NCBI RefSeq assembly: GCF_020745735.1
Contig: NC_083424.1
Coordinates: forward strand, 12,510,999-12,574,998
Length of the DNA: 64,000 nt
Direction: 5' to 3'
Source of the DNA: Hemiscyllium ocellatum
Lineage: Eukaryota
A program made the position numbers and the translations under genes. Below, piece by piece: positions 62,850 to 64,000 of this stretch. Under the pieces are notes generated by a model that had not been told where the DNA came from, did not search any database, and was given only the letters and a program-made list of their open reading frames with translations. Each line of letters begins with the position of its first letter. Position 1 is the stretch's first letter.

Positions 62850-62957
62850 GCTCTTGGATGTTCTGTAGAAGTCCCTGATGTGAGCTGTAAAAGATTTCTG
62901 GATCAACTTGTTGGCATCTTTACATTTTACAATGGACCTAGTCAGCATGTATACCAG
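62850..62957 (+). CDS. HPS4: HPS4 coding exon 4 (108 nt); gene continues beyond the window
   Basis: [36 protein letters not shown]. Acceptor CTCTTCTGTGGTAG|GCT, donor CAG|GTAATG. Confidence 0.95.
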
Positions 62958-64000
62958 GTAATGCTTTCCAATTGCAAAGTTCTGAAGAATGGTCACTGGG
63001 CCCGAAACTTTGACTTTCCTTTTTCTTAACAGGTGCTGAATTTCTCCTGCAATTTCTATTTTGTTGCTAGCTACTATTTCTTTAAGTGTTTTCCTGAGTT
63101 GACTATGTCCTTACTAAGTGAAAGTGAGGACTGAGATGCTGGAGATTAGTCAAGAATGTGGTGCTGGAAAAGCACAGCAGGTCAAGCAGCATCCGAGGAG
63201 CAGGAAAATCTATGTTTCGGGCAAAAGCCCTTCATCACCTATTTCAATCAGTCAGTCATACAATTCTTGCATTCCTGGATGACCACTGTTTAAACATTAT
63301 CTTCCTTTAGTTCGAGTGGATCTTGTGTTTGTTTGTGCGATACATAATAACCTTTAAAGATGTGCTTATTTGGTGACTGTAAAAACCTGGTATCACATCT
63401 ACTGATTTGATCAAAATCGATCATTTATAAAGCACATAGTCAGTGATAAAGAAAATTGTGATTCTAACTTGTTTTTCAGTGTTGCAATTTTACAATATAC
63501 AGCAGAATCCAGTGTGAGAGTTCATTACGACCAATAGAATTGTGGTATTCTCAGAACCCATTGGGATGTATAGGAATTAGTTTCAAATGGAAGTAAATTG
63601 TGAGTAGGGACTCAGTTGCCTAAATTGTCTTAGGAACTTGCCTCATTCCAGTTTTTAACAGCAGGCAGCACAATCCCATAACAAGCTGTTTGCTGCTGAT
63701 CTTTCTGACTTTAAGAAGAAAGTTTCTGCCTGTCGAAAAAAGGGCTGTTGAACCTAATAGTTTGAGTGCCCAAATTCAACAGTGAACGTTTATAAATTTG
63801 GCAGAGCAGTTCCAAGTGCAAAATGAAGCTCACAAATGCATCAGTACAATATTTTTTTTTCCCATTTTGGAATTCAGCCGTGCAAACAATTCTGTGTCAA
63901 ATTGCTAAGTTGTACCAAAGTTCAGGTGTTTTTCTGTTCTGTGTATCTGCACTGGTTCATAATTGTGTTGAAGCTCTTGCAGTGCATTCTATGTTGATTT

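Noticed and set aside
62958-64000. Next HPS4 exon
   Set aside because: No segment matching the expected continuation with valid splice sites was recognised; it presumably lies beyond the window.

Overview
Repeat-rich vertebrate genomic DNA. The SINE/LINE content (HE1/V-SINE-like SINEs, Deu-type SINEs, CR1, Penelope) points to a cartilaginous fish, probably a shark (inference). Three spliced genes were reconstructed by hand from splice signals, phase and recalled orthologous sequence. SLC7A4 (CAT-4) is on the minus strand with two large coding exons (8935-9916, 2577-3244), and its C-terminal exons lie beyond the left edge. DGCR6 is on the minus strand with a complete 5-exon CDS (39972 to 31714, 196 aa). 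HPS4 is on the plus strand with four coding exons (46806-46846, 57060-57150, 60648-60791, 62850-62957) and continues off the right edge. DGCR6 and HPS4 are head-to-head. The most notable non-genic signal is more than 15 minimal hammerhead-ribozyme-like motifs (CTGANGA-N-stem II-GAAACGTC) carried by two Penelope-like families. Many sit at the centre of short hairpin insertions with 11-15 bp target-site duplications, and one has a perfect 62-bp inverted repeat extending stem I. Other notable items: a five-copy ~55-bp YY1/ETS promoter array at DGCR6, a candidate alternative first coding exon of HPS4, a degenerate telomere-like array next to an SLC7A4 splice acceptor, and an inverted duplication with an internal micro-inversion. 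Repeat boundaries are approximate.
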